NCBI GenBank assembly: GCA_963675595.2 | Contig: CAXXLZ010000002.1 | Location: 4,448,001 to 4,512,000, forward strand | Length of the DNA: 64,000 nt | Direction of reading: 5' to 3' | From: Thermodesulfobacteriota bacterium | GTDB taxonomy: Bacteria; Desulfobacterota; Desulfarculia; JACQYL01 | Shown: positions 1 through 11,629 of the stretch, piece after piece | Position numbering within the stretch: position 1 is the first letter of the stretch | Layout: each line of letters starts with the position of its first letter | The notes under the pieces: model-generated | The model's database searches: none | The model's input: the letters and a program-made list of their open reading frames with translations, nothing else | Told to the model about the DNA's origin: nothing | Made by a program: the position numbers and the translations under genes

Positions 1-3
1 CCT

Positions 4-930
4 TTGCTTTTCTGCGGCAGCTCCTGTCGTGAATTGTGTGAGGATATCTGCGGCTATCTCAAGCTGGAACCCGGCTCCGCCCTTCTCCGCAGATTCAGCG
101 ACGGCGAGCTGTTCGTTGAAATTCAGCAAAACGTCCGCGGAACGGACATCTATATCGTCCAGTCCACTTCGACCCCCGTCAATGAAAATCTCATGGAACT
201 CCTGATCATGATCGATGCTTTCAAACGGGCTTCGTCCGCCAGCATCACCGCGGTAATCCCCTACTATGGATATGCACGGCATGATCAGAAGGTTCTGCCG
301 CGAGTGCCCATCAGCGCGAAGTTGGTGGCGGATCTGCTTACGGTGGCGGGTGCCGGCAGAGTGGTGGGGTTGGACTTCCACGCGGGTCAGATCCAGGGCT
401 TCTTCGACATCCCGGTGGATCACCTGTACGCAGCGCCGGTGTTCACCAAGCATGTTCATGAACACTTCGATTCGTCGTGCGTCATTGTGTCCCCGGATGC
501 CGGAGGGACCGAACGTGCCAGGTATTTTGCGGAACGGGTCGGGATGCAACTCGCCATTACCTACGCTCCCAGGGAGCGAGGGGAGGACAGCGGGGACGTG
601 GACATCATCGGGGATGTGCACGGCAGGACGGCGATTCTTCTGGACGATATGGTGGATACCGGGGAAACGATTTGCAGGGCCGCCGAAGGCCTGAAGGCTC
701 ACGGGGCCTCCCGGGTGTTCGCCTACTGTACCCACGCGGTGCTTTCCGGAGATTCCATCGAGCGCATCATGGCGTCTCCTCTCGAGAAACTGGTGGTCAC
801 CAATTCCATTCCGGCGAGGGCTCGAGTGAAGGAATGCCCCAAGATTGAGGTGTTGTCCATTGCCGGGCTTTTAGGGGAGGCGATCAGCCGTATTCACAAT
901 GAGGATTCGGTGAGTTCCCTTTTTAGTTAA
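4..930 (+). CDS. prs: Ribose-phosphate pyrophosphokinase family protein with divergent catalytic motifs; true start may lie upstream of the window
   Basis: Motifs RFSDGE, ELLIMIDA, VIPYYGYAR, VSPDAGG, LLDDMVDTG, THAVLSG and C-terminal SVSSLF; sits in the usual prs-rplY-pth order. Confidence 0.9.
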   Translation: MLFCGSSCRELCEDICGYLKLEPGSALLRRFSDGELFVEIQQNVRGTDIYIVQSTSTPVNENLMELLIMIDAFKRASSASITAVIPYYGYARHDQKVLPRVPISAKLVADLLTVAGAGRVVGLDFHAGQIQGFFDIPVDHLYAAPVFTKHVHEHFDSSCVIVSPDAGGTERARYFAERVGMQLAITYAPRERGEDSGDVDIIGDVHGRTAILLDDMVDTGETICRAAEGLKAHGASRVFAYCTHAVLSGDSIERIMASPLEKLVVTNSIPARARVKECPKIEVLSIAGLLGEAISRIHNEDSVSSLFS

Positions 931-1135
931 AGGGCTTGTGAAAAATGTCATAAATTCCGGGACATCCGCAACGGCCTCTACCGATCTCCATCGGGAAGGA
1001 GTCGACCTGCGTCGGCTGCGCTCGAATCAAGGCCGGAGAGGAAGTGCGAATGAATGGAATGCCCGGTTGCCAAACAACAAAAGCGCATGAAAGACGGACG
1101 AGTCACAGCGGTCGGCCGTCGGAGGAAACCATTTT

Positions 1136-1777
1136 ATGAGAAGAATCGACATCGAAGCCAACGTTCGAACGGAAACGGGGAGAGGGCCTTCCCGAAGGTA
1201 TAGAGCGCAGGGAGAAATCCCCGCCATTCTATATGGTCCCAAGACGGAGCCCATCAGCCTGACCGTTCCTGAGAAGGGCATGACTCGGATTCTGTCCAGC
1301 GCGTCCAGCCAAACCGCTCTTTTCAACCTGACCATTTCGGGCGGAGAAGGCTCGGCGTTGAAAAAGACGACCATGGTCAAGGAGGTGCAGTGGCATCCCA
1401 TCGGCAGCAGGCTTCTGCACGTGGACTTCTTTGAGGTGCAGCTGGACAAAATGATTACCGTGGATGTTCCCGTGCGCCTCGAAGGCTCTCCCAAGGGCGT
1501 GCAGTTGGGCGGCGTCCTGGAGCAGATCCGTCACGAAATCACCATCTCCTGCCTTCCCACGAACATTCCCGAGGCGATCATCGTGGACACGTCCGATCTG
1601 GATATCGGTGAAGCGGTTCACGTTGCGGACATCGACCTGGGCGAAGGGCGGGAGGCCGTAGCCGAAACGAATTTCACCATCGCAACGGTGGTTACCACAC
1701 GCGCTGCGGTGGAAGCAGAGGAAGAAGCCGAGGCTGAAGAAGAAACCGAAGCATCGCAGGAGGGAGGTGAAAGCTGA
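1136..1777 (+). CDS. rplY: 50S ribosomal protein L25 / general stress protein Ctc
   Basis: IPAILYG, VKEVQWHP..LLHVDF, GVQLGGVLE, acidic tail; GGAGG upstream. Confidence 0.95.
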   Translation: MRRIDIEANVRTETGRGPSRRYRAQGEIPAILYGPKTEPISLTVPEKGMTRILSSASSQTALFNLTISGGEGSALKKTTMVKEVQWHPIGSRLLHVDFFEVQLDKMITVDVPVRLEGSPKGVQLGGVLEQIRHEITISCLPTNIPEAIIVDTSDLDIGEAVHVADIDLGEGREAVAETNFTIATVVTTRAAVEAEEEAEAEEETEASQEGGES

Positions 1778-1807
1778 GAGAGGAGGACATCGGGATGAGG
1801 AGGCGTT

Positions 1808-2386
1808 GTGCACCTGATCGTGGGATTGGGTAATCCCGGGAAAAAGTATTCCGGGTCCCGGCACAATCTGGGCTTCTTGGTCGTGGATCGTCTGGCGGAG
1901 AAACGGTCCATTCGAGTCCAATCCGCAAAGTTTTCGAGTCTTTACGGAAGAGGAAGCATTGAAGGATGTTCCGTCGTACTGGTCAAACCGCAGACGTTCA
2001 TGAACTTGAGTGGGGAGTCGGTGACGAAATGGGTTCACTATTTCGATCTCGCTCTGCATGAAGTGTTGATCGTGCATGATGACCTCGATCTGGAAACCGG
2101 AAGAATCAAGCTCGTGCGCAGCGGGGGCCCTGGAGGACACAAGGGAATGGACTCCATCATCCGGATGTTGGGAAGCAGAGAACTCCCTCGGTTGAAGCTG
2201 GGCATAGGGAGGCCGCGGTTCCATGAACCGGTGGAAGAATATGTACTGCGAGGTTTTTACGGCGACGAAGAGTCGGCCGTTGAAGAAAGTCTGAGAAATG
2301 CCGTCCCGGCCGTGGAAAGTTGGGTGATTCATGGTCCGGACAGAACGATGAACCAGGTGAATCAACATCAATTAACAAGGAGGTAG
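1808..2386 (+). CDS. pth: Peptidyl-tRNA hydrolase
   Basis: [45 protein letters not shown]. Confidence 0.95.
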   Translation: MHLIVGLGNPGKKYSGSRHNLGFLVVDRLAEKRSIRVQSAKFSSLYGRGSIEGCSVVLVKPQTFMNLSGESVTKWVHYFDLALHEVLIVHDDLDLETGRIKLVRSGGPGGHKGMDSIIRMLGSRELPRLKLGIGRPRFHEPVEEYVLRGFYGDEESAVEESLRNAVPAVESWVIHGPDRTMNQVNQHQLTRR

Positions 2387-2394
2387 AAAAGAAA

Positions 2395-4398
2395 ATGCTG
2401 GAATGGACGGTGTATGCACCCTTATTGGGTGGAGTAGGCATCATCGTAGCGTTCATGATTTACAGCTACGTGAAAAGCCAGCCCAACGGCAACGAGACCA
2501 TGCAGGAACTGGAAAGCATGATCCGCAAGGGAGCCATGGTCTTTCTGAAACGTGAATATTCGATCCTTTTCTTCTTCGCGGCGGCGGTGTTCGTTCTGCT
2601 TGGCGTGGGGCTGGGTTGGAATACCTCCATCGCCTATGCTTCCGGAGCGCTGTGTTCCATGTTCGCAGGCTTCTTCGGCATGACCGCGGCTACCAAGGGG
2701 AACTCGAGAACTGCGGAAGCCGCCAACAAACACGGCCGTGCCAAAGCGTTGAACATTTCCTACCTGAGCGGCTCGGTCATGGGACTTTCCGTGGCCTCCC
2801 TGGGTCTCCTGGGTGTGGGTGTGTTCTTCTATCTGTATGGTAAGGACCCGGCCACGGCCAGCACCATCAACGGCTTCGCCATGGGCGCCAGCTCCATCGC
2901 TCTGTTCGCACGTATGGGCGGCGGTATCTACACCAAGGCCGCCGACGTGGGTTCCGACTTGGTGGGTAAGGTGGAAGCGGGCATTCCCGAAGACGATCCG
3001 AGAAACCCGGGCGTTATCGCCGACAACGTGGGCGACAACGTGGGCGACATCGCCGGCATGGGTGCTGACATTTTCGAATCCTACGTGGGTTCGATCATCG
3101 CCACCATCGCCATCGGCGCCACCATGACCCTCACCAAGGAAGAAGAAGTCCTTAGATCCGCCTATATGGCCATTCCTCTGCTGGTGGTCATGGGCGGTCT
3201 CATAGCTTCCTTCCTGGGCGTGGCCTCCATCAAAGTGCTCAAGAACGCTGCTCCGGCGGCGGCCCTGCGCTACTCGACGTTCGTGGCGGCGGCCGGTTTG
3301 ATCGCGGCGACTTATTACGCGGTGAAGGGCCTGGGATTGCCCGTCGGCGTGTTCTGGGCGGTGATTTCCGGTCTGGTCGCCGGCATCATCATCGGCCTCT
3401 TGGCTGAGTACTACACATCCGGCGCTCCCGTTCGCAAGATCGCGGCTCAAACCCAAACCGGTCCGGCCACGGTGATCATCACCGGTATCGCCGTCGGTTT
3501 TGAAAGCTGCGCTCTGCCCCTGCTGGGAATCTGCGCCGCCACCTTCGTGGCCTATTACACGGCCGGGATGTTCGGGATCGGCATCAGCGCGGTGGGTATG
3601 CTGAGCACCGTCGGCGCCACCATGACCGTGGACGCTTACGGACCCATCGCGGACAACGCGGGGGGCATTTCGGAAATGGCGGGACTTGGGCCTGAGACCC
3701 GCGCCATCACGGACGAACTGGACGCTCTGGGCAACACCACCGCCGCCATCGGCAAAGGCTTTGCCATCGGTTCCGCGGCTCTCACCGCCCTGGCTCTGTT
3801 CGTGGCCTACAGCCAGGCAGCCGGTCTGAGCAATATCGACATCACCAATCCCTATGTGGTCATCGGCATCTTCATCGGCGGTATCGTTCCTTACCTGGTC
3901 GCCGCCATGACCATGACCGCCGTGGGCAAAGCGGCGAACGAAATGGTCGAAGAGATTCGCCGCCAGTTCCGCGAAATCCCCGGCCTCATGGAAGGCACCG
4001 GCAAGCCCGATCCGGCCCGTTGCGTGGACATCTGCACCCGGAGCGCGCTTAGGATGATGATCGCTCCCGGCTTGGTGGGTGTGTTGACCCCCGTGGCCGT
4101 GGGCTTCTTGATCGGACCCAACGCGCTGGGCGGCATGCTGGTCGGCGCAACGGTCACCGGCGTTCTGCTGGCACTGTTCATGGCCAATGCCGGTGGTGCG
4201 TGGGATAACGCCAAAAAGTACATCGAACAGGGACATCACGGCGGGAAGGGCTCCGACAACCACAAAGCCGCCGTGGTCGGCGATACCGTGGGCGACCCCT
4301 TCAAGGATACTTCCGGACCGACCATGAACATCCTCATCAAGTTGGTTTCGGTGGTGAGCTTGGTGATCGCTCCCCTTCTGCTCGTCTACTGGAAATAA
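2395..4398 (+). CDS. hppA: Membrane-bound ion-translocating pyrophosphatase, K+-dependent type (probably Na+-pumping)
   Basis: [45 protein letters not shown] (Ala at the K+-dependence position), [10 protein letters not shown]; start moved to ATG 2395 after AGGAGG. Confidence 0.93.
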   Translation: MLEWTVYAPLLGGVGIIVAFMIYSYVKSQPNGNETMQELESMIRKGAMVFLKREYSILFFFAAAVFVLLGVGLGWNTSIAYASGALCSMFAGFFGMTAATKGNSRTAEAANKHGRAKALNISYLSGSVMGLSVASLGLLGVGVFFYLYGKDPATASTINGFAMGASSIALFARMGGGIYTKAADVGSDLVGKVEAGIPEDDPRNPGVIADNVGDNVGDIAGMGADIFESYVGSIIATIAIGATMTLTKEEEVLRSAYMAIPLLVVMGGLIASFLGVASIKVLKNAAPAAALRYSTFVAAAGLIAATYYAVKGLGLPVGVFWAVISGLVAGIIIGLLAEYYTSGAPVRKIAAQTQTGPATVIITGIAVGFESCALPLLGICAATFVAYYTAGMFGIGISAVGMLSTVGATMTVDAYGPIADNAGGISEMAGLGPETRAITDELDALGNTTAAIGKGFAIGSAALTALALFVAYSQAAGLSNIDITNPYVVIGIFIGGIVPYLVAAMTMTAVGKAANEMVEEIRRQFREIPGLMEGTGKPDPARCVDICTRSALRMMIAPGLVGVLTPVAVGFLIGPNALGGMLVGATVTGVLLALFMANAGGAWDNAKKYIEQGHHGGKGSDNHKAAVVGDTVGDPFKDTSGPTMNILIKLVSVVSLVIAPLLLVYWK

Positions 4399-4427
4399 AC
4401 TTCTCCCCGAGTTTTTGACTCGGCAGC

Positions 4428-4463
4428 ATAAGGCCGGTCCCGTCAGAGGGGCCGGCCTTATTT
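4428..4463 (+). terminator. Probable intrinsic terminator after hppA
   Basis: ATAAGGCCGGTCCC / GGGGCCGGCCTTAT inverted repeat followed by a short T run. Confidence 0.65.
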
Positions 4464-4977
4464 GCGGTCAAGGTGAGCTTGTCTCGGGGTGGAATAGGGC
4501 ATCCCGAGACGGGACTTCGCATCTTCATGCGTAGAGAGAATTCGATATCGAACGATCCTGGAAGGAAAGGGCGGGCAAAGAGGGGCAACCGCCTGAGATG
4601 CCGATGATAAGCCCCGCCCTGAGCGCGAGAATAAGCCTTGTTATTTTTTTGTGAAGATGCTAATTTCTTTTTTCGGAGTTGTGGATGTCCAGTGCTCTGC
4701 GGAGGATTTCTACCGCGCGTTCGCGGCGTGGAGGAAGCGCCGACTCGGCCGGCGGAGCGGAGCCTGCCGAAACTTCCCGAAGAACGTGCCTCTTATTGTT
4801 CCTTCGGGCGTGCGGTCCCGCTGGGTTCAACTTGGGCGGCACCGAGCCCCACATCCGCCGAAATCGGACCTAAGCAAAAAACGAGATAATCCCGAACATC
4901 AGGCTCACGGGTCGTTCGCTGCCCGTAATCTTTCCGAGCGCAGACTCGGAACGGAAGCGCCGGATTCGGAGAGGTGA

Positions 4978-5466
4978 GTGAACATGTTCAGCGCCGGTGA
5001 TATGGCCGTCTATCCCGCCCACGGGGTAGGAGTGATCGAGGCCATTGAAACCAGGGAAATCATGGGTGAAGCGCAGGACTACTATATCATGCGAATCCTG
5101 GACACAGGCATGATCATCATGATTCCCACAAAGAACGAAAACAGCGTAGGGCTCCGGCAGCTGATCTCGAAGAACGACATCGACAAGATCTATGATCTTC
5201 TAGGACAACGAAACATAGAGATCGACAATCAGACATGGAATAGGCGTTATCGAGAATACATGGAGAAGATCAAAACTGGGTCGCTTTTCGAGGTGGCGGA
5301 GGTCCTGCGAGACTTGAGCATTTTGAAGTCCGACAAGGAACTCTCCTTCGGTGAACGAAAAATGCTGGACACGGCCAGAAATCTGCTAGTAAAAGAGATT
5401 TCGTTGGCGACGGGTATGGAGGAAAGACTCATCGAGCAAAACATCAACCGCCTCTTCGAAGCCTAG
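4978..5466 (+). CDS. carD: CarD/CdnL family RNA polymerase-binding factor
   Basis: GDMAVYPAHGVG, GLRQLI, WNRRYREYMEKIKTG, LSFGERKML. Confidence 0.9.
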   Translation: MNMFSAGDMAVYPAHGVGVIEAIETREIMGEAQDYYIMRILDTGMIIMIPTKNENSVGLRQLISKNDIDKIYDLLGQRNIEIDNQTWNRRYREYMEKIKTGSLFEVAEVLRDLSILKSDKELSFGERKMLDTARNLLVKEISLATGMEERLIEQNINRLFEA

Positions 5467-5523
5467 ATTCGGAACAGATTCAAGCCCTTGGCTTAAGTCC
5501 GAATATCCCAGCCCGACGTTTCC

Positions 5524-6483
5524 TTGGACGGCAAAATACATTCTTTCGAAGTAGAGCGCGGGGACGGGAGCGACCGTATTGACGCGCTGGTTTCCAAAAG
5601 GCTCCCTTTTTTGTCCAGGTCGCGCGTACAGTCTTTGGTGCGCGACGGACGGGTACACGTCAACGAAAAGACGGTCAAGAACAGCTATAGACCAAAGTCC
5701 GGCGATCGAATTCAGGTTTGGGTACCCGACGCCGTCCCCCTGGAAATACTGCCTGTAGACCTCCCCTTGGACGTTCTTTACGAGGACGAGAACTGCTTGG
5801 TGATCAACAAGCCTCCCGGGCTCGTGGTTCATCCCGCTCCGGGGCATCGGAACGACACATTGGTCAACGCGCTGCTGCACCACGTATCGGGGTTGTCGGG
5901 GATTGGGGGAGTCCTGCGACCGGGCATCGTGCACAGACTGGATAAGGATACCTCGGGTGCGCTGTTGGTCGCAAAGAACGATACATCTCATCTCGCATTG
6001 TCGATGTTGTTCCGTGAAGGTCGAATGCGGAAGACCTACTTGGCTCTGGTTGGAGGGCGCCTCCCCTCGATGGAAGGCGTTGTGGACTTGCCGGTGGGTA
6101 GACACCCTACTCAGAGAAAAAAGATGAGCGTCGTGAGCAAGAGGGGTCGCAGGGCCCTCACATCCTACAGGGTCGATCGGTATTATGAAAGAACCGATGT
6201 ATCCCTTCTGGAAGTGCGCATCCATACCGGCCGGACCCACCAGATCCGTGTTCACATGGCCCAATTGGGCACTCCGGTGTTGGGCGACGCTCTTTACGGG
6301 GGAGGACGTCGAACCGAGAAACTCCTTGTGCGGAGCGGCATTGAAGTAGAAAGGCAGCTGTTGCATGCCTCCAGACTCGAATGGACCGACCCGATCAAAG
6401 GAGTGGACCGATGCGTTGAAGCTCCTTTGCCCGAGGATATGGCGTCCATTCTGGAGGACCTCGACGGGTTCGAGGAGAGTTGA
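5524..6483 (+). CDS. rluD: RluA/RluD family 23S rRNA pseudouridine synthase
   Basis: N-terminal S4-like domain, NKPPGLVVHP, RPGIVHRLDKDTSG, TGRTHQIRVH, GDALYG. Confidence 0.9.
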   Translation: MDGKIHSFEVERGDGSDRIDALVSKRLPFLSRSRVQSLVRDGRVHVNEKTVKNSYRPKSGDRIQVWVPDAVPLEILPVDLPLDVLYEDENCLVINKPPGLVVHPAPGHRNDTLVNALLHHVSGLSGIGGVLRPGIVHRLDKDTSGALLVAKNDTSHLALSMLFREGRMRKTYLALVGGRLPSMEGVVDLPVGRHPTQRKKMSVVSKRGRRALTSYRVDRYYERTDVSLLEVRIHTGRTHQIRVHMAQLGTPVLGDALYGGGRRTEKLLVRSGIEVERQLLHASRLEWTDPIKGVDRCVEAPLPEDMASILEDLDGFEES

Positions 6484-6788
6484 GTCTTCGACTTCGTCGG
6501 ATTGCGTGGAAAGCCTCGAGCAGGGGGGAGAGGAAAATATCCGAATCGGGGAGTACGTGTGCGATGGAACGCGATGAACCGATTCGGGCTGCATGGGGGG
6601 ACTCCGGAGGGCGGGAACCGCCAAAGGGATTTTCTTCGGTGAGACTTTCGATAACTCTTTGAACGGTGATTCGGGAGTGTCGTTGGTCGAGCTCAAGGTG
6701 GGCGGGGGCAGTCACAGAAACGACGTATGGGTATTACGGACTGAGAATAGAGGAAACCATTTATTTACATAAATCGGACCGAATACGC

Positions 6789-6817
6789 TTGACATCTCCA
6801 TACCGGCGACTCAGAAT
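6789..6817 (+). promoter_or_regulatory. Sigma70-type promoter upstream of rho
   Basis: TTGACA-N17-CAGAAT about 185 bp before the rho start. Confidence 0.6.
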
Positions 6818-7001
6818 ATGTTCGAAGTACCCACCATTCTAACCAGAGTAAGTGACTATCGAACATTCCTGAACCCATAGAACTCTTTTTTTCGTCCCCA
6901 TTGATAGACTTTCGAACGTAGGGACCTTTCACAAGATCGCGCTGACAACAGAAGTCTGTCCGTTGGCACAACCTGCTATAAGTTTGCTTATAGGAGTTGG
7001 A

Positions 7002-8255
7002 ATGAACCTCGTAGAACTAAAAGGGAAGAGTATCAGCGAACTGACGGCTCTGGCCAGACAGTACGGTCTCGAAGGGGCCAGCGGCATGCGAAAGCAGGAG
7101 CTCATCTTCGCGATTCTCCAGGCTCAAACCGAGAAGAACGGGATGATCTATGGAGAAGGGGTCTTGGAGACCCTTCCGGACGGCTTCGGTTTCCTGCGGG
7201 CGCCCGATTACAACTATATCCCCGGACCGGACGACATCTATGTGTCGCCGTCTCAAATCCGTCGTTTCAATCTTCGGACGGGAGATACGGTTTCCGGCCA
7301 GATTCGTCCGCCCAAGGACAATGAGCGGTATTTCGCTCTCCTCAAAGTGGAGCATGTGAATTATGAGGAGCCCGAGGTCGCTCGCGACAAGATCCTGTTC
7401 GATAACCTGATTCCGCTTTATCCGGAAGAGAAGCTGAAACTCGAGCTGGAAGCCGAGCCGAAGAACTACTCCTTGCGGATCATGGATTTGCTGACCCCCA
7501 TAGGCAAGGGGCAGCGGGGCTTGATCGTGGCTCCCCCCAGAACGGGCAAGACCATGCTGCTCCAGGCGATCGCCAATGCCATTGCGGGGAACCATCCCGA
7601 AGTGATCCTCATTGTTCTCCTCATCGACGAGAGGCCGGAAGAAGTAACGGACATGCAACGTTCCGTGAAGGCTGAAGTCGTCAGCTCCACCTTCGACGAG
7701 CCCGCCCAGAGACACGTACAAGTGGCCGAAATGGTCATCGAAAAAGCGAAACGTTTGGTGGAGCACCGTCGGGACGTGGTCATCCTTTTGGACAGCATCA
7801 CCCGGCTGGCGAGAGCCTACAACACCGTGGTGCCTCCGAGTGGAAAGATTCTATCCGGCGGCGTGGACTCCAACGCCCTGCATCGACCCAAACGGTTCTT
7901 CGGTGCCGCCCGAAACATCGAGGAGGGCGGCAGTCTTACGATTATCGCCACCGCGCTGATCGATACCGGGAGCCGAATGGACGAAGTGATTTTCGAGGAG
8001 TTCAAAGGTACGGGCAACATGGAGATCCATCTGGATCGCAAATTGGCCGACAAGCGTATCTTCCCCGCCATCGACATCAACCGTTCGGGCACGCGCAAGG
8101 AAGAACTGCTGCTGACGCCGGAAGTGTTGAATCGCGTCTGGATACTAAGAAAGCTCCTCTCTCCTCTCACCTCGGTGGACAGCATGGAGTTCCTGCTCGA
8201 GAAGATGGAAGGCACCAAGAGCAACCAAGAATTCCTGGATTCCATGAGTCGCTGA
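7002..8255 (+). CDS. rho: Transcription termination factor Rho
   Basis: [65 protein letters not shown]; ATG 7002 after AGGAG. Confidence 0.97.
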   Translation: MNLVELKGKSISELTALARQYGLEGASGMRKQELIFAILQAQTEKNGMIYGEGVLETLPDGFGFLRAPDYNYIPGPDDIYVSPSQIRRFNLRTGDTVSGQIRPPKDNERYFALLKVEHVNYEEPEVARDKILFDNLIPLYPEEKLKLELEAEPKNYSLRIMDLLTPIGKGQRGLIVAPPRTGKTMLLQAIANAIAGNHPEVILIVLLIDERPEEVTDMQRSVKAEVVSSTFDEPAQRHVQVAEMVIEKAKRLVEHRRDVVILLDSITRLARAYNTVVPPSGKILSGGVDSNALHRPKRFFGAARNIEEGGSLTIIATALIDTGSRMDEVIFEEFKGTGNMEIHLDRKLADKRIFPAIDINRSGTRKEELLLTPEVLNRVWILRKLLSPLTSVDSMEFLLEKMEGTKSNQEFLDSMSR

Positions 8256-8372
8256 GTGAGGAACACTTCTTCGACCTCTCTCCGCTCCGAAGTATGCGAA
8301 GCGTTTTGAGGCGTGCCGGCGGCTGTGGATACGGGGGCGTTCGTGTCCCGTCACGAAGGTGTGCATCTTCTC

Positions 8373-8400
8373 TTGATATCCTGCCGGAAATGGTTAAAAT
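8373..8400 (+). promoter_or_regulatory. Possible sigma70 promoter for the rpmE operon
   Basis: TTGATA-N16-TAAAAT. Confidence 0.45.
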
Positions 8401-8470
8401 AAGTGTTTCATTTGTAAGCATGGGCGTTGTGCGCCCAAAGACGCTTTTTGATTTCCAAGGAGCATGGTTC

Positions 8471-8683
8471 ATGAAAAAAGACATCCATCCCGAATACAAG
8501 AAGACCATCGTCCGCTGCGCCTGCGGCAACGAAATGGAAATCGGATCCACCAAGTCGGACATCCGTGTGGAAATTTGTTCCAAGTGCCATCCCTTTTTCA
8601 CGGGCAAGCAGAAGCTCGTGGACTCCGAAGGCCGTGTTGAGCGTTTCCTGAGGAAATACAAAGGCTATCAAGCCCAGTCCTGA
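8471..8683 (+). CDS. rpmE: 50S ribosomal protein L31 (Zn-binding type)
   Basis: [32 protein letters not shown]; AGGAG upstream. Confidence 0.95.
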   Translation: MKKDIHPEYKKTIVRCACGNEMEIGSTKSDIRVEICSKCHPFFTGKQKLVDSEGRVERFLRKYKGYQAQS

Positions 8684-8699
8684 ATCTGCGCGGAGCGTT

Positions 8700-9653
8700 A
8701 TGAGAAAGCTTAGCGTCGGAGGACAAGCGGTCATCGAAGGCGTCATGATGCGGGCTCCCTCCTCTCTTGCCGTTGTGGTTCGCCGGTCCAATGGTGAAAT
8801 CACTAGTCGGGAGGACGCGTGGAGGTCTGTCGGGGCGAGATATCCCGTCTTGAGTTGGCCGCTTGTGCGAGGGACGGTTGTGCTCATAGAATCCCTCGTG
8901 CATGGTTTGCAGGCGCTTAATTTTTCCGCCGGAGTGGCCATAGAGGATGAACTCCCTTCGGGGAAAGAGTCAAGTAAATGGGCTTTGGCCGCAGTGCTGA
9001 TTTTCGCGTTGAGTGCGGGGCTGGGGCTCTTTGTAGCATTACCGCACCTTCTGGCATATTGGGGGGGCAGGTTGCCCCTTCTGCAATATGATGTTGATTC
9101 CATGGCCTTCCATCTGGTGGACGGCGGAATTAAGCTGTTCTTTTTTCTCGCATATGTGAAGGCTATTTCTCTTTTTCCCGATATCCAAAGGGTTTTCCAG
9201 TATCACGGAGCAGAGCACAAAGCGATCTTCACCTATGAAAGCGGTGAAGAGCTGATTGTTGAGAATGCCAGGAAATATCCCACGCTGCACCCGCGCTGCG
9301 GCACGTCGTTTATTCTTCTGGTATTGTTCATCAGCATCATCATGTTTTCCGTGGTTTTTCCGCTCCTCGACCTGCCCCGCGGGCGCTCCGGGTTTACGGA
9401 AAATCTGGGTTTTATCGGACTGAAAATGCTGCTGATGTTTCCTGTAGCGGGTCTGGCGTATGAGGCCATCCGCTGGGGAGCGAAGCACATGAATTTAGTG
9501 CCGGTCAAGATGGTTATGGCCCCCGGGCTTTGGCTGCAGCGTATGACCACGCTGCCTCCTGCGGACGAACAGCTCGAGGTGGCGTTACTCGCCTTGGCAC
9601 GGGTTATTTCCCTTGAGAAGAAGCGCGGAGTCTCTTCCGCCGCCATTGTGTAA
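8700..9653 (+). CDS. DUF1385 family membrane protein
   Basis: VGGQAVIEGVMMR, RVFQYHGAEHK, HPRCGTSF, PGLWLQRMTT; conserved position between rpmE and prfA. Confidence 0.85.
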   Translation: MRKLSVGGQAVIEGVMMRAPSSLAVVVRRSNGEITSREDAWRSVGARYPVLSWPLVRGTVVLIESLVHGLQALNFSAGVAIEDELPSGKESSKWALAAVLIFALSAGLGLFVALPHLLAYWGGRLPLLQYDVDSMAFHLVDGGIKLFFFLAYVKAISLFPDIQRVFQYHGAEHKAIFTYESGEELIVENARKYPTLHPRCGTSFILLVLFISIIMFSVVFPLLDLPRGRSGFTENLGFIGLKMLLMFPVAGLAYEAIRWGAKHMNLVPVKMVMAPGLWLQRMTTLPPADEQLEVALLALARVISLEKKRGVSSAAIV

Positions 9654-9677
9654 GCGCGGCATGAGCCGTCGATATCC

Positions 9678-10751
9678 ATGGAACTTATAGAACAGCTTGA
9701 AAAAATCGAAAGTCAGTACCTCGACCTCGAGAAAAAACTCAGTGATCCGGAGATAATCAGGGATCAGGATAGTTATCAGAAGTACGCCAAAGAACTTTCT
9801 TCTCTTTTACCCATCGTTTCCGCTTATAGGAACTACCGGGAAACTCTCGAGGAAATCCGCAAAAATCAAGACCTGTTGGATGAGTCGGACGAGGAACTAC
9901 GCCAGCTCGCTCGCGAGGAAATCCGTGCTTTGAAGCCTGTTTCCGAGGATCTGGAGCGGGAACTCAGAGAAATGCTCACTCCAAAGGACCCGAACGACGA
10001 AAAGAACTTGGTGCTTGAAATCCGGGCCGGCACCGGCGGTGAGGAAGCCGCTCTTTTCGCCGCGAGTCTGTTTCGGATGTATACCCGGTTTGCCGAATTG
10101 AAGCGATGGAAGGTGGATATCCTCAGCAGTCACACCACCGGGGTGGGGGGCTTCAAGGAAATCATCGCGCTGATCGAGGGGAAGGGCGCTTACAGCAGGC
10201 TCAAATTCGAAAGCGGCGTTCATCGGGTTCAGCGGGTTCCCGTCACCGAGACTCAGGGCAGGGTGCACACTTCCACCGTGACTGTGGCCGTGCTCCCTGA
10301 AGCGGAGGAGGTGGACGTGGATATCGAACCGGAGGAGTTGCGCATCGACGTCTATCGATCGAGCGGCCCGGGCGGACAGAGCGTGAACACTACCGATTCC
10401 GCGGTAAGAGTGACGCACCTGCCCACCGGCATCGTGGTGACCTGCCAGGACGAGAAGTCCCAACACAAGAACAAGGCCAAGGCTCTCCAGGTGCTTCGGG
10501 CGCGCCTGATGGACGCCAAACAAAGAGAACTCCATGAGGAAATCTCCAAGAGCCGAAAGAGCCAGGTGGGAACCGGGGAGCGCAGCGAAAGAATTCGAAC
10601 CTACAATTTTCCTCAGGGGCGGGTCACGGACCATCGAATCGGTCTGACCCTTTACAAGCTCGATACGATTCTGGAAGGAGAGCTTGAGCCGGTTATCGAA
10701 CCCCTTATCGCCAACTATCGAAGCCGGATGCAATCGTCTGATCAGCTTTGA
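9678..10751 (+). CDS. prfA: Peptide chain release factor 1
   Basis: [17 protein letters not shown] motif in QRVPVTE, GGQ motif, [17 protein letters not shown]. Confidence 0.97.
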   Translation: MELIEQLEKIESQYLDLEKKLSDPEIIRDQDSYQKYAKELSSLLPIVSAYRNYRETLEEIRKNQDLLDESDEELRQLAREEIRALKPVSEDLERELREMLTPKDPNDEKNLVLEIRAGTGGEEAALFAASLFRMYTRFAELKRWKVDILSSHTTGVGGFKEIIALIEGKGAYSRLKFESGVHRVQRVPVTETQGRVHTSTVTVAVLPEAEEVDVDIEPEELRIDVYRSSGPGGQSVNTTDSAVRVTHLPTGIVVTCQDEKSQHKNKAKALQVLRARLMDAKQRELHEEISKSRKSQVGTGERSERIRTYNFPQGRVTDHRIGLTLYKLDTILEGELEPVIEPLIANYRSRMQSSDQL

Positions 10752-11626
10752 CCACGACCAAGCCGGAACGTACCTGGACGATCCTGGAAGTGCTGCGGTG
10801 GACCGCCGATTATTTTTCGCAGCAACGGATCGCGGAACCGTGCGCTGCTGCGGAAGTTCTCCTGGCCCACGTGTTGGGTGTGGAAAGGATATCTCTCTAT
10901 CTCGACTTCGATAAGCCTCTCAGCCGTGAGGAACGTACGCGTTTTCGAGGCCTGATCCGAAGGCGGGCGGCCGGTGAACCCACCCAGTATCTCACAGGTC
11001 GCCAGGAATTCTGGTCGATGCCTTTCCAGGTGGATCGAAGTGTACTGATACCTCGGGTTGAGACCGAGCACCTGATCGAAGAAGCGATCCGGGTTTTCGA
11101 TAAGGGGCATGAGGGTGTATTCCTGGATATCGGCACGGGGTCCGGAGTGGTGGTCGCCTCTCTGGCCAAAGAGTTTCCTGGAGCACGTCTCGTGGCCACC
11201 GACCAATCCCTTGAAGCGCTTCAAACCGCGCGCCGCAATGTGGAACGTTTGGAACTCTCCGGACGCATTTCTTTCGCGGCCATGGACTTGTTCTCCGCTT
11301 TGCGGAGCGGACCGCACTTCGATCTGATCGCCGCTAATCCCCCCTACGTGTCCACGGAAGAATATTTCAACCTCGAAAAGGAAATCCGGGAGTTCGAACC
11401 GAGGGCGGCGCTTGAGGCGGGGGAGGACGGGCTGAGCTGTCTGAGGCGCATCCTGTTGGAGGCCCATCGTTTTCTGAAGCCCGGTGGTTGGGTTCTGCTG
11501 GAAATCGGCTCCGGACAGGAAGAAGCGGTCCGAAAACTGGCCCTTGAGGCAGGTTCTTACTCGTCCGTGGACGTGTCGTGTGATTACGCCGGACTTCCAA
11601 GAATACTTCGAGCCCAAAGAGGATAG
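10748..11626 (+). CDS. prmC: Release factor glutamine methyltransferase
   Basis: [30 protein letters not shown]; overlaps the prfA stop. Confidence 0.95.
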   Translation: MTTTKPERTWTILEVLRWTADYFSQQRIAEPCAAAEVLLAHVLGVERISLYLDFDKPLSREERTRFRGLIRRRAAGEPTQYLTGRQEFWSMPFQVDRSVLIPRVETEHLIEEAIRVFDKGHEGVFLDIGTGSGVVVASLAKEFPGARLVATDQSLEALQTARRNVERLELSGRISFAAMDLFSALRSGPHFDLIAANPPYVSTEEYFNLEKEIREFEPRAALEAGEDGLSCLRRILLEAHRFLKPGGWVLLEIGSGQEEAVRKLALEAGSYSSVDVSCDYAGLPRILRAQRG

Positions 11627-11629
11627 GCC

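Noticed and set aside
2422-4263. 613-aa antisense ORF, and similar long ORFs at 34162-35838, 41739-43406, 46742-48337, 48491-49846 and 50118-51635
   Set aside because: Shadow frames opposite well-supported genes in GC-rich DNA, with no recognisable motifs
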